Shown here: positions 24,097-38,369 of the stretch, piece after piece
Numbering within the stretch: position 1 is the stretch's first letter
Layout: every line of letters starts with the position of its first letter
DNA from: Phyllobates terribilis
Taxonomy: Eukaryota
Length of the DNA: 64,000 nucleotides
Assembly (NCBI RefSeq): GCF_046119375.1
Contig: NW_027362771.1
Coordinates: forward strand, 131,626,001-131,690,000
Direction of reading: 5' to 3'
Notes under the pieces: generated by a model
The model's input: only the letters and a program-made list of their open reading frames with translations
Told to the model about the DNA's origin: nothing
Database searches by the model: none
Made by a program: the position numbers and the translations under genes

Positions 24097-25494
24097 TTTA
24101 CACTGATTTTTTGGGAGCAGAAACTCTCCAAATCCTTCTCAAATACTCAAAACTTAATTCTGATGGTATATTATTGTACTTATGGTGGTTCTGGTGATTC
24201 ATGTAATTACCCCTTGCAAAAAATTTTGCTGCCTTTGGGATTGGTTCAGTATGTCAATGTGGCCCTTGTACCAAAAAATGTTGTGCAGCCCTGCTCTAAA
24301 AACTGCACACCCCATGATCAGCTTTGGAATCCTCGGCTGGCCAGCTGTTATCACTAGGGAAGTTTTATTCAATCAAATAGTATATTTAACCATGTAATAT
24401 ATGGAGCTGATAAGTACAACAGAACTGTTACGATCACTCATGCTGAGTGTGGCCCTTATTCTGGTTCAAGCAAACTAAATGTTATTTTTAAATAAAACAT
24501 TCAACTAATCCAGAAAATAAAACTTACTTTCAAGAAGAAGCTTCATGTTTTTGCCTTGAAACAAGTCATGTAAGACATTATTGACTTGGCCATTAACTTC
24601 AAATAGGCGAACATTCAGCCAGGCTGTAAGTCCATTTATTCTTGTTTGTGTAGACATTGCTTTTTCATTGATTGCAAACAGTTTAATCCAGGTGCACAAA
24701 AAACTAACAACAATTCAAGCAAACAGTTTAAAAGTTTGGAACCAATAGAATTAACTACATTATACTGCATATATACACTGTACATGGGCTTAAACTATCA
24801 GGGGTGCAGCCTTAAATTCAGTTCCAGGGAGTATCCACGATTACAAACAAATGTGTACAGGCAGATCATGCAGTTTTTCTTCTACTGTGTATTATTAATG
24901 GGACAGATGGGTTTAGTAACAAATAACTGCAGGACATGACTCTTGAGGGTTTATCAGTCATATGTAACCATGGAAACACATAGGTTTGCATAGGATCTGT
25001 AGATCTTAAGACTAGATTCATTTTGTTGTGTGGCTAGGAAGGACTATGCTTCAAAAAGTTGTTTCGTTAAAGGGAGTCTGTCAATCCAAAGAGATTGTCA
25101 AATTAAAAAAAAAATTAAAATTATTTTAAGGTTTCTTATGGAATTTGATATTTGATGACAAAGAACTGCTCAAAGCAATCAGAGGTGCTTGAAGAACCTC
25201 TCACTAAGTTCAGTACATTTACTTGTTTTCTATCTCCATCCTTCTAAGGCCAGAGCTGTTAACCAAGAAAGAGGAAGGTGGAGATAGATAGAAAACAAAC
25301 AGCTGAGAGAGTACGCTGAACTGTTTTCCAGGGGAGTACCAAGTGCCTGGTTAAAGTGATTACAATAAAGCAGCAGTATGTATGTCCGACTGCCGCTTCA
25401 ATCATTCTTTATGGGACTGTCGGAAAAAGCTGAGCGCAGGAAAAAAGGAGATGCAGTTGAGCATGTGCACTGCTGCTACCTTTTGATGGAGATA

Positions 25495-27130
<1,636 letters not shown>

Positions 27131-27499
27131 TAAAAGTTCCCCATTCTACATATCCGTAGGGGTCCCTGCCGACGAACACCCACCAAATCAATAAGTTACC
27201 CCCATGATAAAGGGGGTTTGATCGATGAAAACAAGTTGTATGTCTGACCACTCAGACCCCATCAATCGGCTGAACTGGGATCTTTTATCCCTGACGGGGC
27301 AATTTCCTCCTAGTTAGAATGGTCTTGTGATCTGTCACACAACTGTGCCCATGGAACAATTCACAAAAGCTGCAGTTTTATATTGTTACTACTTTTAACC
27401 TTTTTCTACAAACAACTCACATTGATAGTTTGGGAGGATAACATTATTATACTGAACACTCTGGTAGTTGCTGAATGCTTTCATGTTAAAGGGAGTTTG

Positions 27500-28250
27500 T
27501 CAACATAAATTGACTGCTAAAATCAAGCACAGAAGCTGGCTGCACCTCTGCTGCAGTGTGACCACGTGACCACTGTGTGACCTGCACGCATGCGCACCAT
27601 GGTCCCGACGCGCCCCCGGCCTTCGGCATCTCTTAGCAAGGACCTGCATGCAGTCACATGGACCCACGTGACTGTAACGCTGTCTACTGCATGATTCCGA
27701 CGCCGTGGGTCGCCTTGGCAAACATGACGCGGCATACGTCACTTCCAGTCTGAGGGCCTCCGTGATTGGCTGACTCCTCATTTAAATTCACTTTCATATT
27801 ATGTTAACGCCCCTGAAGCAGGTCGTGCCGAAACGCGTGTTGGGGTGGACGTGCGTCCACTCTGGATACCCCAGTACCTCATTACCCCGCCATTTCACCG
27901 CTAGCAATGGTATAACTTTACTCTGGTTTATTTCTCTGCTATGGGCGATACACTGGACTGATTGAGCATCACCCAGCACTTGGTCACGTTACTCCTTTGT
28001 TATGGGAGCGCTAACATTTCCGCTGTTTATGTGATAGCATAGGGCCGGGGCCTAATAGATCATTACATCACTTGAATTTTGTGGGGTATTATGTATTTAT
28101 TATTATATATTTGAATAATGTTTGGGTATCCCATTATGTGACGCACCGTCCTTTTTCATGTGTATGTTTTTCCCACCATTGTGTGCCACTTACCTGTATA
28201 TCAATTTTAATCTATTTTTCTAAATAAAGGATTTATTTTTACATGACATG
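27500..28250 (+). mobile_element. Penelope-type terminal-repeat relic with a decayed hammerhead (27808-27847)
   Basis: cccCTGAAGC a GGT cgt GCC GAAAC GCGT gtt gggg, followed by an AT-rich tail with aataaa. Boundaries approximate. Confidence 0.45.
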
Positions 28251-28630
28251 TCAAGATATCGGGGATTTTTTTGACCATACTTGGTTCTTTGTTGGTTTGA
28301 GTGTGGCCACTATGTAGAAAAATAAAAATAAAACCGTTGCAGAATTGCTGTTTTTTGTTAATTGGGACCAATCAGAAATATTAGATTAAAAAAAAGTGTT
28401 CAAAAAGTCGTAAGAACCCTAATGTGGAATCAAAACAGCTTTCCCTACAAAAATCAGGCCATTACACAGTTCACTCAAATAAAAAAATAAAAGAAAGTTA
28501 TAACTATTAGAAATATATTTTACAAATGTATATACTGCAAAAAATTGACAAAACAAAATAACTACATAAAATTAGTATTGCCATAATCATACTGACGTAA
28601 CATTTATGCTGTAAGGTAACATTTATGCTG

Positions 28631-30157
28631 TAAAGTGGAGAGCGCAAAGTTTAACCCTTTAATGACCCCAAAATGCTTTTAATGGCCGTCATTAAGGAGT
28701 GTTAATCCTCAACGTTGTCCACATAATTGGTATCGCCACATTCAAAAACGACCCCAACTATCAAAAGGTCACATTATTTATCCCATATGGTGAACACTTT
28801 AAAAGAGAATAAAAATGCAAAAATGTAGCTGTGTCATCATACTGACATGCAAAAAAATGTAATAAAAAGCAATTAAAAACTCGTAGGTAAAAAATAAAAG
28901 TTATCATTGCTCTGTTGGTGGATAAATAAATCATCAAATCATCCAGAAAAACAAGCCGTCATACAACTCTGTTGGCAAAAAAAAAGTTTGAACTCTCAGA
29001 ATGAGATGAATATTTTTTTTTGATGTAGCAAAAGTAGCAAAACAAAAAATAAAAAGAAAAAAAATGAAAAAGATAAAAATCTTGTTTTTGCTGTAATTGA
29101 ACTGAGCTGAAGAATAGAGTTGTCTCCACATGGTGAATGATGTTTAAGAAAATAAATAAAAGTAATTGTTGAACTGCTGTTTATTTGCTCATTCTGCCTC
29201 CCAAATATCAGTGTAAGGGCATAGTCAGACGGCTGTATAAATCAGATCAAGATCGGAACATAGTGCACGAACTGGTTGGCGGCTCTCCCAATCCAAGCGT
29301 GACAGCTTCATGTATTTCTATGCAGCTGTCAATTTCTGGTCAGGAGAGCAGCCAGCCAGTCCGAGCACTGCGTTCAGATCTCGGTCTGATTTATAGGGCC
29401 GTATGACTGCACCCTAAGGCCTTGGATTAAATTTATCTTGTTCTCTACTCTGAATACTTACTTTGGGGTTACATTCTAAATCTTCAAAATACATGATTTA
29501 GACAAAACCACTTCTGGAACTACTCACTTAAATAATAAGGCCGATGGAGTTACTTTGGACTCTGGCCTCTGTTCTGGCGGTGTCTGTCATTTTGGCATAC
29601 AAAAGATGGGGCACTTCCAGAACAGAGGACAGACATGTTCCAAAAGGTCACCATCTAGCTCATTATAGTGAAAGGTTCTGTCGGGCAATCTATTTTTTAT
29701 ATTAGGAATGGTACCAATAAACTTCAAACTTCAATTAGGTCCATCATCTATCAGTGAAAAAGGTGGATCTCCAAGTTACTGGTAGTACAAAGGCTCTGGA
29801 AAAACAAGGCTCCACTCCAAAAAAATCCAACGGAATCTGCGCTCTAAAATACAAATGGCTCCCTCCCTTCTGATCCCTGCAATAACCATCTGCATGTATG
29901 GCATTACTGTAGCAGGGAGAGCCCACTTAATTAGGCTGTGTGTCTCCAGAAGCGTAGTAAAATGCATTCAGCAGTTTTTACTGAACCCGTCGATGAATTC
30001 ATAGAGTGATCTAGTTTTCAAAATGTGTTTTTTTTTGCTATTCTGGCACCTTAGGGGCTCAGTAAGTGACACACGCAAGCTATTCTATTAAACATGTGAT
30101 GTCAAATGGTGCAGCATAGATATCTCTTAGAGTTTTATAACATTGGGCCATCATGAC

Positions 30158-30188
<31 letters not shown>

Positions 30189-32244
30189 TTATCACTAAAA
30201 TGTTACATTAGCTGCAAACTTTTCATTTTCACCTCCCAATGATAGAGTAGGGACTCGCAAAATCATGAGGACCCTTGACGTTTGGGTTAAGAGCTTACTT
30301 ATTTTGGCCAAAATATCAACTAATACCTCATATGATATATTTTTTTTGCACTTTTTTATCTGCCAGGGCGTGGCCAGGCCCACTTAGGGTGACCCTGTGA
30401 ATGAGGGCATTGCACCTCTGCGATGCACGAAGAGGGTGCCGGGCATCCCGCCTAATCGACTAGGAAGGGCGTTTAATAGGATGCCGGCCAGGCACGGTTG
30501 CTGCGAGTGTGAATGGCACCCTATTTGCAGGTTTCATCTGGTGCGGTTATATTGCGGGGCAGTCACTCCTCCAGTGTGAGTGGTTGAGAGTGATTGCTCA
30601 CGGCATTCCGCACCTGTGTCATCTCCTTCCTACAGGGGGGGGGGGCCGGCCGCGTCCTGGTGTGTATTTCTCTTGTACCTTTGGCTGCTAAGTTCCATTG
30701 CCTTTTTGCTATTTTCTAAAGTGGAGAGCGCAAAATTTAACCCTTTAATGACCCCAAAATGCTTTTAATGGCAGTCATTAAGGAGTGTTAATCCTCAACG
30801 TTGTCCACATAATTGGTATCGCCACATTCAAAAACGACCCCAACTATGAAAAGGTCACATTATTTATCCCATATGGTGAACACTTTAAAAGAGAATAAAA
30901 ATGCAAAAATGTAGCTGTGTCATCATACTGACGTGCAAAAAAATGTAATAAAAAGCAATTAAAAACTCGTAGGTAAAAAATAAAAGTTATCATTGCTCTG
31001 TTGGTGGATAAATAAATCATCAAATCAAACAGAAAAACAAGCCGTCATACAGTTCTGTTGGCAAAAAAAAAGTTTGAACTCTCAGAAAGAGATGAACATT
31101 TTTTTTGATGTGCAAAAGTAGCAAAACAAAAAATAAAAAGAAAAAAAATGAAAAAGATAAAAATCTTGTTTTTGCTGTAATTGTACTGAGCTGAAGAATA
31201 GAGTTGTCTCCACATGGTGAATGATGTTTAAGAAAATAAATAAAAGTAATTGTTGAACTGCTGTTTATTTGCTCATTCTGCCTCCCAAATATCAGTGTAA
31301 GGGCATAGTCAGACGGCTGTATAAATCAGATCAAGATCGGAACATAGTGCACGAACTGGTTGGTGGCTCTCCCAACCCAAGCGTGACAGCTTCATGTATT
31401 TCTATGCAGCTGTCAATTTCTGGTCAGGAGAGCAGCCAGCCAGTCCGAGCACTGCGTTCAGATCTCGGTCTGATTTATACGGTGGTAGGACTGTACCTTA
31501 AGGCCTTGGATTACATTTATCTTGTTCTCTACTCTGAATACTTACTTTGGGGTTACATTCTAAATCTTCAAAATACATGATTTAGACAATTTAGTTCCTC
31601 TTCTGGAACTACTCACTTAAATAATAAGGCCTATGGAGTTACTTTGGACTCTGGCCTCTGTTCTGGCGGTGTCTGTCATTTTGGCATACAAAAGATGGGG
31701 CACTTCCAGAACAGAGGACAGACATGGTCCAAAAGGTCACCATCTAGCTCATTATAGTGAATGGTCCTGTCGGGCAATCTATTTTTTATATTAGGAATGG
31801 TACCAATAAACTTCAAACTTCAATTAGGTCCATCATCTGTCAATGAAAAAAGTGGATCTCCATGTTACTGGTAGTACAAAGGCTCTGGAAAAACAAGGCC
31901 CCACACCAAAAAAATCCAACGGAATCTGCGCTCTAAAATACAAATGGCTCCCTACCTTCTGATCCCCGCAATAACCATCTGCATGTATGGCATTACTGTA
32001 GCAGGGAGAGCCCACTTAATTAGGCTGTGTGTCTCCAGAAGCGTAGTAAAATGCATTCAGCAGTTTTTACTGAACCCGTCGATGAATTCATAGAGTGATC
32101 TAGTTTTCAAAATGTGGGTTTTTTTTGCTATTCTGGCACCTTAGGGGCTCAGTAAGTGACACACGCAAGCTATTCTATTAAACATGTGATGTCAAATGGT
32201 GCATAGGTATCTCTTAGAGTTTTATAACATTGGGCCATCATGAC

Positions 32245-32278
<34 letters not shown>

Positions 32279-32330
32279 TTATCACTAAAATGTTACATTA
32301 GCTGCAAATTTTTCATTTTCACCTCCCAAT
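28631..32330 (+). repeat. Direct duplication of 1.61 kb (28631-30240 and 30717-32330) around a 476-bp spacer
   Basis: Collinear copies, offset 2086-2090, with a few dozen substitutions and indels seen by eye. Confidence 0.95.
29217..29414. mobile_element. Harbinger-type MITE, also present in the duplicated block near 31300-31500
   Basis: TAA|gggcatagtcagacggc...gccgtatgactgcaccc|TAA. Confidence 0.75.
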
Positions 32331-32858
32331 GGTATAAAACTCTGAGAGGCATCTGTGGGTTCAAAATATTCACTACACTCCAAGATTAATTCCTTGAGTG
32401 GTGTAGTTTCCAATATAGGGTCACTTGTGGGGGGATTTTGCGGTTCTGGCTCAACAAGGGCTCTGTAAACTGTACCCAAACATTTCAAACAAAATCTGCA
32501 TACCAAAAGCCAAATGGTGCTCCTTCCCTACAGAGCCTGCATTGTACTACAACCATGGTGTATTGCTGTATTCAGTACACATTGCATAATAAAGTGTCTT
32601 GTCCATTTCCTACCATTATCCTTTGTGAGAACTAAAAATGTGCGGCTAAAGTAACATCTTTATGGGAAAAACAAACAAAAAACCCTAAAAACATAATTTT
32701 TCTTCTTTACGGCCCAATCTTACAAAATTCTGTGAATCACCCATGACTTTAAAATGCTCATTACACCCCTAGATGAATTTCTTGAGGGGTTTAGTTTCCA
32801 AAATAGTGTCACTTGTGTGGGTGTCGGCATTCTGGAAATTCAACATGGCGTCTGTAAT

Positions 32859-33055
32859 TAGAGAAGAGTGAACCCGAACTGTAACGTTCGGGACTCGCAC
32901 TGGACACCTAGTGTCCGATGAACACGGATTTCCCCTGGAAGTCTGTTTCGAGTCCCCATTAATTTCTATGGGGTTCGAGTTCAGGTTCAAGTTCGTGTAC
33001 AGTCCTGGCACCCGAACCGGTCGAACTCGAACTCCCACGGGTCCGATCATCCCTA
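32859..33055. mobile_element. Short hAT-like MITE
   Basis: tagagaagagtgaacc...gtccgatcatcccta; degenerate 8-bp flanks tctgtaat / tccataat. Confidence 0.6.
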
Positions 33056-33628
33056 TCCATAATCTTTTCCAGACACTGACAAAGTAGACACATGGGAAAT
33101 ATTTATTAACTAGTTTGTGTGATGTAAGATGATGGAAGATGGAGAAATTAAGTACTCCGTCTTCTCCGCACCTGTGACACGATTCTCTCATCTGAGAGAA
33201 TCAGATCACAGAGTTTGAGCCGAGTGTCATTAGCATAATCGGCCCGATTCTCTCGCTTAATGACAATGTGTCAAGAAGAAAGAAAGAACAAAAAAATCTC
33301 AGTCACATGTTGAAGCATTCCAAAGTTATTACCACCTAATGGGGATTGGATATTAAAGTCATTGGCTGTAACTAATGGGTTAACCCCCCCCCATCCAAAC
33401 AACCCAAAAACATTTGTGCTCCCTTCCCCCCACCCCAAAATAGTGCCATTGAATACTGGTCTCACAAAGAAAAAAATATCCCTCATTTGACTATACTGAA
33501 GGAAAAATAAAAAACGTAGGGTTTCCAGAATGTGACCCTACAAAAAATTAAAAATTGCTGTACCCTCAAGACCCAAAACAGCCGGGTCTTTGTGGGGGTT
33601 ATTGAGCCTGTTGAATTTTTATTAATAA

Positions 33629-34030
33629 GGCTTCCTTCACACGTCCATGTTAAACATGTATGTCAAAAAACGATACTGGTGCCATTAGTGTTTTACATCC
33701 GTGTGTTTACCATCAGTGTTTTTCCAGTAAGGATAAAGAATGAATTAAATTACTATACTTCTCCTACACTTTGTTAAACACGTACAGCACATGGATTATA
33801 CACTGATGCCATCCGTGTGCAGGACCTGTTTTTCATGGACCCATAGACTTGTATTGGCCCTGGTCATCTGTGCTGCCGGAAAAAATCGGACATGTCTCTG
33901 TGTGTTCTGTATGAACATATGGTCCATGTACAAATGTGCATCGCAGCATAAGTTATAATGGGTACGTGTGGGATCGCTGAGAAAAACAGATACGACACTT
34001 TCTGGAAACACGGACATGTGAAGGAACTAC
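33629..34030. mobile_element. Harbinger-type MITE
   Basis: TAA|ggcttccttcacacgtcc...ggacatgtgaaggaac. Confidence 0.65.
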
Positions 34031-36578
34031 GTCTTACCAAAAAGACAAGGCGATCTATAATCAAAGCTTATGTTCATAATTGCATGCCAAAGTAAGAAAG
34101 TGGAGTTCACAATTTGCTTGGTTACCATTTACCTGATAATACTCTAGAAAATCGTCTCTTCCCTTCCACTGTCATTGCCTGTATGGCGCGGAGTTCTGTG
34201 CAGCTCCATGTCTCCACCCAGTGGGGAATCCACAACTAAAAGTTGTAAAATCTGGAAGTATTAGCCATAAATAGCAGGATTTCTCCTGCCTTCTAGATGC
34301 ACAATCGGTGTTTTGCTGCCGTGTTATTTGTGTGCAATGTGTTGCTATGGCTGTAAGTTTTCTTATACAATTGTTTTATATATCCCTGGCTGACAATCAA
34401 ATTGTGATTACATTTGTTGCTGTGGACATAGTGACTATGACTCCAACAATTGCCACAAACTTGATATCGTTCAGTGCCGGTTACAGAAGGCCGGAAGGAA
34501 CTGTTCTTGGCAGGTCAATGAAGTGATGAGGTTTCGCTAGCTGACGTAGGGCTGCGCTCTCCTTCCAGTATTTCCTACTCTTCATTGCAGGGATAAATTA
34601 GCATGAGACATCACTAGAGTAGCGTCAAGGACCTTTCATGCTCCGGATCGGTGAGGTTCTTAAAGGTCAGTTCTCAACCACAGACTAGCGAAAGCTATAT
34701 TTAATGTTATACATTATCAATTTATTTCTATTTGTAACCAGCTGACAGGTAAACAATACAAGATCCCAAATCGCCATATGATTCAAAGTGATCGAAGCCA
34801 CACTAAGGCTAGGGTCACACGATGGGTTTTCTCTCATCAGATTACGTTTGACCAGACTCTGATCAGCATTTAATAAAAAAAAAAGAAGTTTCTCCATCTT
34901 CTTTCATTCTGTGAAAATTGGACTGCACTCGGATGCCATGATTTTTTAAACGAACTTGAATGGCCAAGTAAGTCCCTAGTGGAGGCAAATTGTGCATGCT
35001 GCAATTTTTTTTTCCTTTGGCTCATTCATGTTCAAAAGTTGGATATGTGTGCAGCCTCATTGAATAATATGAGGATGAGTGCTATCTATCAAAATGAGGG
35101 ATAGCACTCGTCTGATTTTTACAGTTGTCTGCAAGAGGCCTTAAACATATTCACATAGCCACCACTCCCACATATCCTTCTCTACTCTGTCCCAAGAAAT
35201 AGGTTCTTCTATGACATTGTGGGAATGTAACACAAATTTACATTGGTCCATTTTGGAGTAAGTCGATACAGTTAGGAACATAAATGTAGAGAAAATAAAA
35301 TTAGAAGTACCATTATTGTAGCACCTGCTCCATCAATGGAATCTGGTTATATAATCTAATATAGTGTTTCCCAAATTCCATTCCTCGCGACCCCCAACAC
35401 ATCATGTTATCAGGCTTTCCTTAGTATTGCACAGGTGAGAGAACTATTTCTGATGCCTTAATAATGATTCCATCACCTGTGAAATACTAAGGACATCCTG
35501 AAAACATGACGTGTGGGGGGCCATGAGGACGGAGTTTGGGAAACACTGATCTAATAATTTTAGGCACCCTAAAATCTTTGAATGTAGCAGAAAGAGATAA
35601 TAAAAACGAAACCTTAAATAGATGCAGTAAAATATATAGAGCACATCTCTAAAAAGTATATGTTGTCCAGCGTGTGGTCCAGACAACTACTTAGGTTTAA
35701 ATGAAATTGTTTTTTTTTTCTTTTACTCAGGTGTCTTTTGGCGCTGCCATTATATCACACACATACAGGCCTTCTTCATACGTCCGTGTTTCCAGTTCAT
35801 GGGTAATCCATTTTTCACGGATCACACATGTACTCATTATAACTGACGGGATTGCTTACATACCCGTGCAAACCATGTTTGTTTTGAGTGTCCTGTTTGG
35901 GATCTGTTTACAATGGCCCCACGTGAGGACACCGAGCGCTTAATTGGACCTGTGGAGCAACATTCCCAACAGCGGGATACCTGAGTCAAGGACTACTACG
36001 ACCGGCTAGCAACTGAGCATGCATGGCTGCAAATATCTAACAGTTGCACCCAATGAGCAGTTGGGTCACCTATTCGACAGCCAAGCTTGCGAAGTTTGGT
36101 AAATGTCCCCTTGGTCGTTCCTTTTGCATTATATAATGTAACTTTTTTTTTCTAAGAATCCAAAAATATTTTGTGGCGTTTGCTATATAATGATTTGGGT
36201 CAGTACTATTGTCCAAACACATGAAATTGTGCTCTCCGGGAACTAATGCACATTGTGCAAATTTAGCAGATATGGCAATCATAATGTGATTAGTCTATTT
36301 CATCTAAATGTCTGTTTTTCTGCTAAACGCTGCAGTATCTCCTCCCAAAAAAAAAATGATGCACTCGTGCACCAGCAGCTGAAGCATACTGCCTGTGGCT
36401 AGCCCAGCATATATCAGCTGTGAGGTTGCCTTTAACTCATGCAGCAGGTATATGGAGCATAATCACACTTCACTTTTTACACTACAAGTGCACTGCCATT
36501 ACTAATGGGCCATACATATAGTGTGTGTGTGTGTGTGTGTGTGTAAAATGCATGGAAACAACCATTCTTCAATCCTTA

Positions 36579-38100
36579 GGTTATGTTCACAAGTTGCGTT
36601 TTTGCAGCGTTTTTTATGCAAATTTTCAGCTGCGTTTTACAGTACCAGCAAAATCTATGAGATTTCAGAAATCTCACACACACATTGTGTTTTTTTCCGT
36701 TTTGTCAAAGAGCTGTGTTTTTGAAAAATGCAGCATGTCACTGCTTTCAGCGTCTTTGCAGCATTTTTCACCCATATAAAGCAATGGGTAGTGCAAATGT
36801 GGCGGCCAGCTGCACTTGGTACCACAGATCCTAGAAGGGTACATGAATGGATTCCTCCACAAGAGGCTCCCATAAACATTCACACATCTCCACCTTCCAC
36901 CTCAGACCAGCAGAGGGAGCCCGTTAGGGATATAAATAGGGAAGGTGGAGCTAGGCAGAGTCAGTCTGGAGTGCACAGAGAGTGAAGAGCTGTGTGTGCG
37001 GAGAAGCATGCGGGTTGCTGTGTGAGGCAAGTTAGGCCTCCAGCGGTCCTGAAGCCCAGTCCAGACTCAAGGAGCTCCGGTTAGAACCCAAGGCGTGCCG
37101 ACGCCATAAGAGCGGAGAAGCGCGGCAAGCTGCCGTGAGTGTGAGTAGCCTAGTGAGGGCCCAAGCGTGGCCGAAGGCGAGTGGAAAGTGAGTAGCAGTG
37201 GGGGGGCAGAGGAGCTTAACCAGCTCACCCCGAAATATATACCGGACACCGGTTCCGAGCTTACCGGGATCTCTATGACCCAGTAGGACATAACCGGAAT
37301 CCCTGGAGAACTACAGGTCCCAGGACCACCAGAGAGCTGATATGTAATAGAGCCAGGAGACCCATACACCCCGTAAGCTGGGAGCGCGCACTCCAAGAGA
37401 AGGCCCTACCACAAAGTCAGCTGGTGCAGGACGGAGACAAAGTTAGACCTAGCTTCAGGCAGGTCAGGAACTATTACGCAGAGGCAAGAAACAGGAGGCC
37501 CTATACCCGCTCCCTGGGGAGAATCCTGAAATGCACCCTTCACCCTACAGTGCTCCGGGATGTGCCTGAATTTCCATCAGTAAAAGGTACTGAAGAGAAC
37601 TGTGTGTGGTTGCCTGTCTTTCCGTAGTCCCTGCTGGGTCTCTTCTGTCCTGCATCCCCCCTCTCCATACGCTGCCCTGAGGCCTAGCTCCACCTGTGGG
37701 GAGCTATACCATCAAGCTGCCTTATCACCGGCCTCAGAGGACTGCTGCAGCGCTGGTGATTCTCACCAGATACCACAGGTGGCGTCACGAACTCATATAT
37801 ATAGAATTATACACCCTTTTAAAAGAGAGGCCCAGAGTACGGGCCCGGGAGCCGACCACCGCGACATCCCCAAGGTCAGGCAGAAGGCCCGGGTACAGAG
37901 TCGTCCACCTCCCATACCCTCTGGGCTCATCACAAAAAACGCAGGTATTAGGTTTTGCTGTGTTTTTGGTGCCAAAAGGTACCCTGACAAAAAGGCAGTA
38001 AAAGAACGTTGCAAAAACTCATCAAAACCTGCTTTTTTGAGGTTGCTTTTTTACCTGCAGAAAAAAAAACGCTGCAAAAACGCAACATGTGAATATAGCC
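36579..38100. mobile_element. PIF/Harbinger-type MITE, host of the solo LTR
   Basis: TTA|ggttatgttcaca...tgtgaatatagcc|TTA. A related end (ggctatgttcacac) occurs at ~4975. Confidence 0.75.
36798..37934 (+). mobile_element. Probable solo LTR inserted in a MITE
   Basis: tgtggcggcc...gggctcatcaca; GC-rich; flanked by caaa/aaaa (or caaa/caaa if the end is 37932). It splits a TIR element. Confidence 0.65.
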
Positions 38101-38369
38101 TTACAAAATGTTAGTAACTTTCCTGACCCCCTCACTGTACTGTTACCAGGGACGGTAAGGGTATGTGCACACGATCAGTGTTCATTGCGGATTGGACGCA
38201 GCACAAGTGCAATCTGCAGCGGCCAGATGTTACAGCATAGTGGATGGGATTTATTCGGGTCAGCTTATACTCGAGTATATACGGTATATATTCCTGTCCC
38301 TATGCCATAATACCCAACTCTCTGGAGTTTAAAAAAAAAAAAGTCAGCAAAAATATCTGACTTGAAGAC

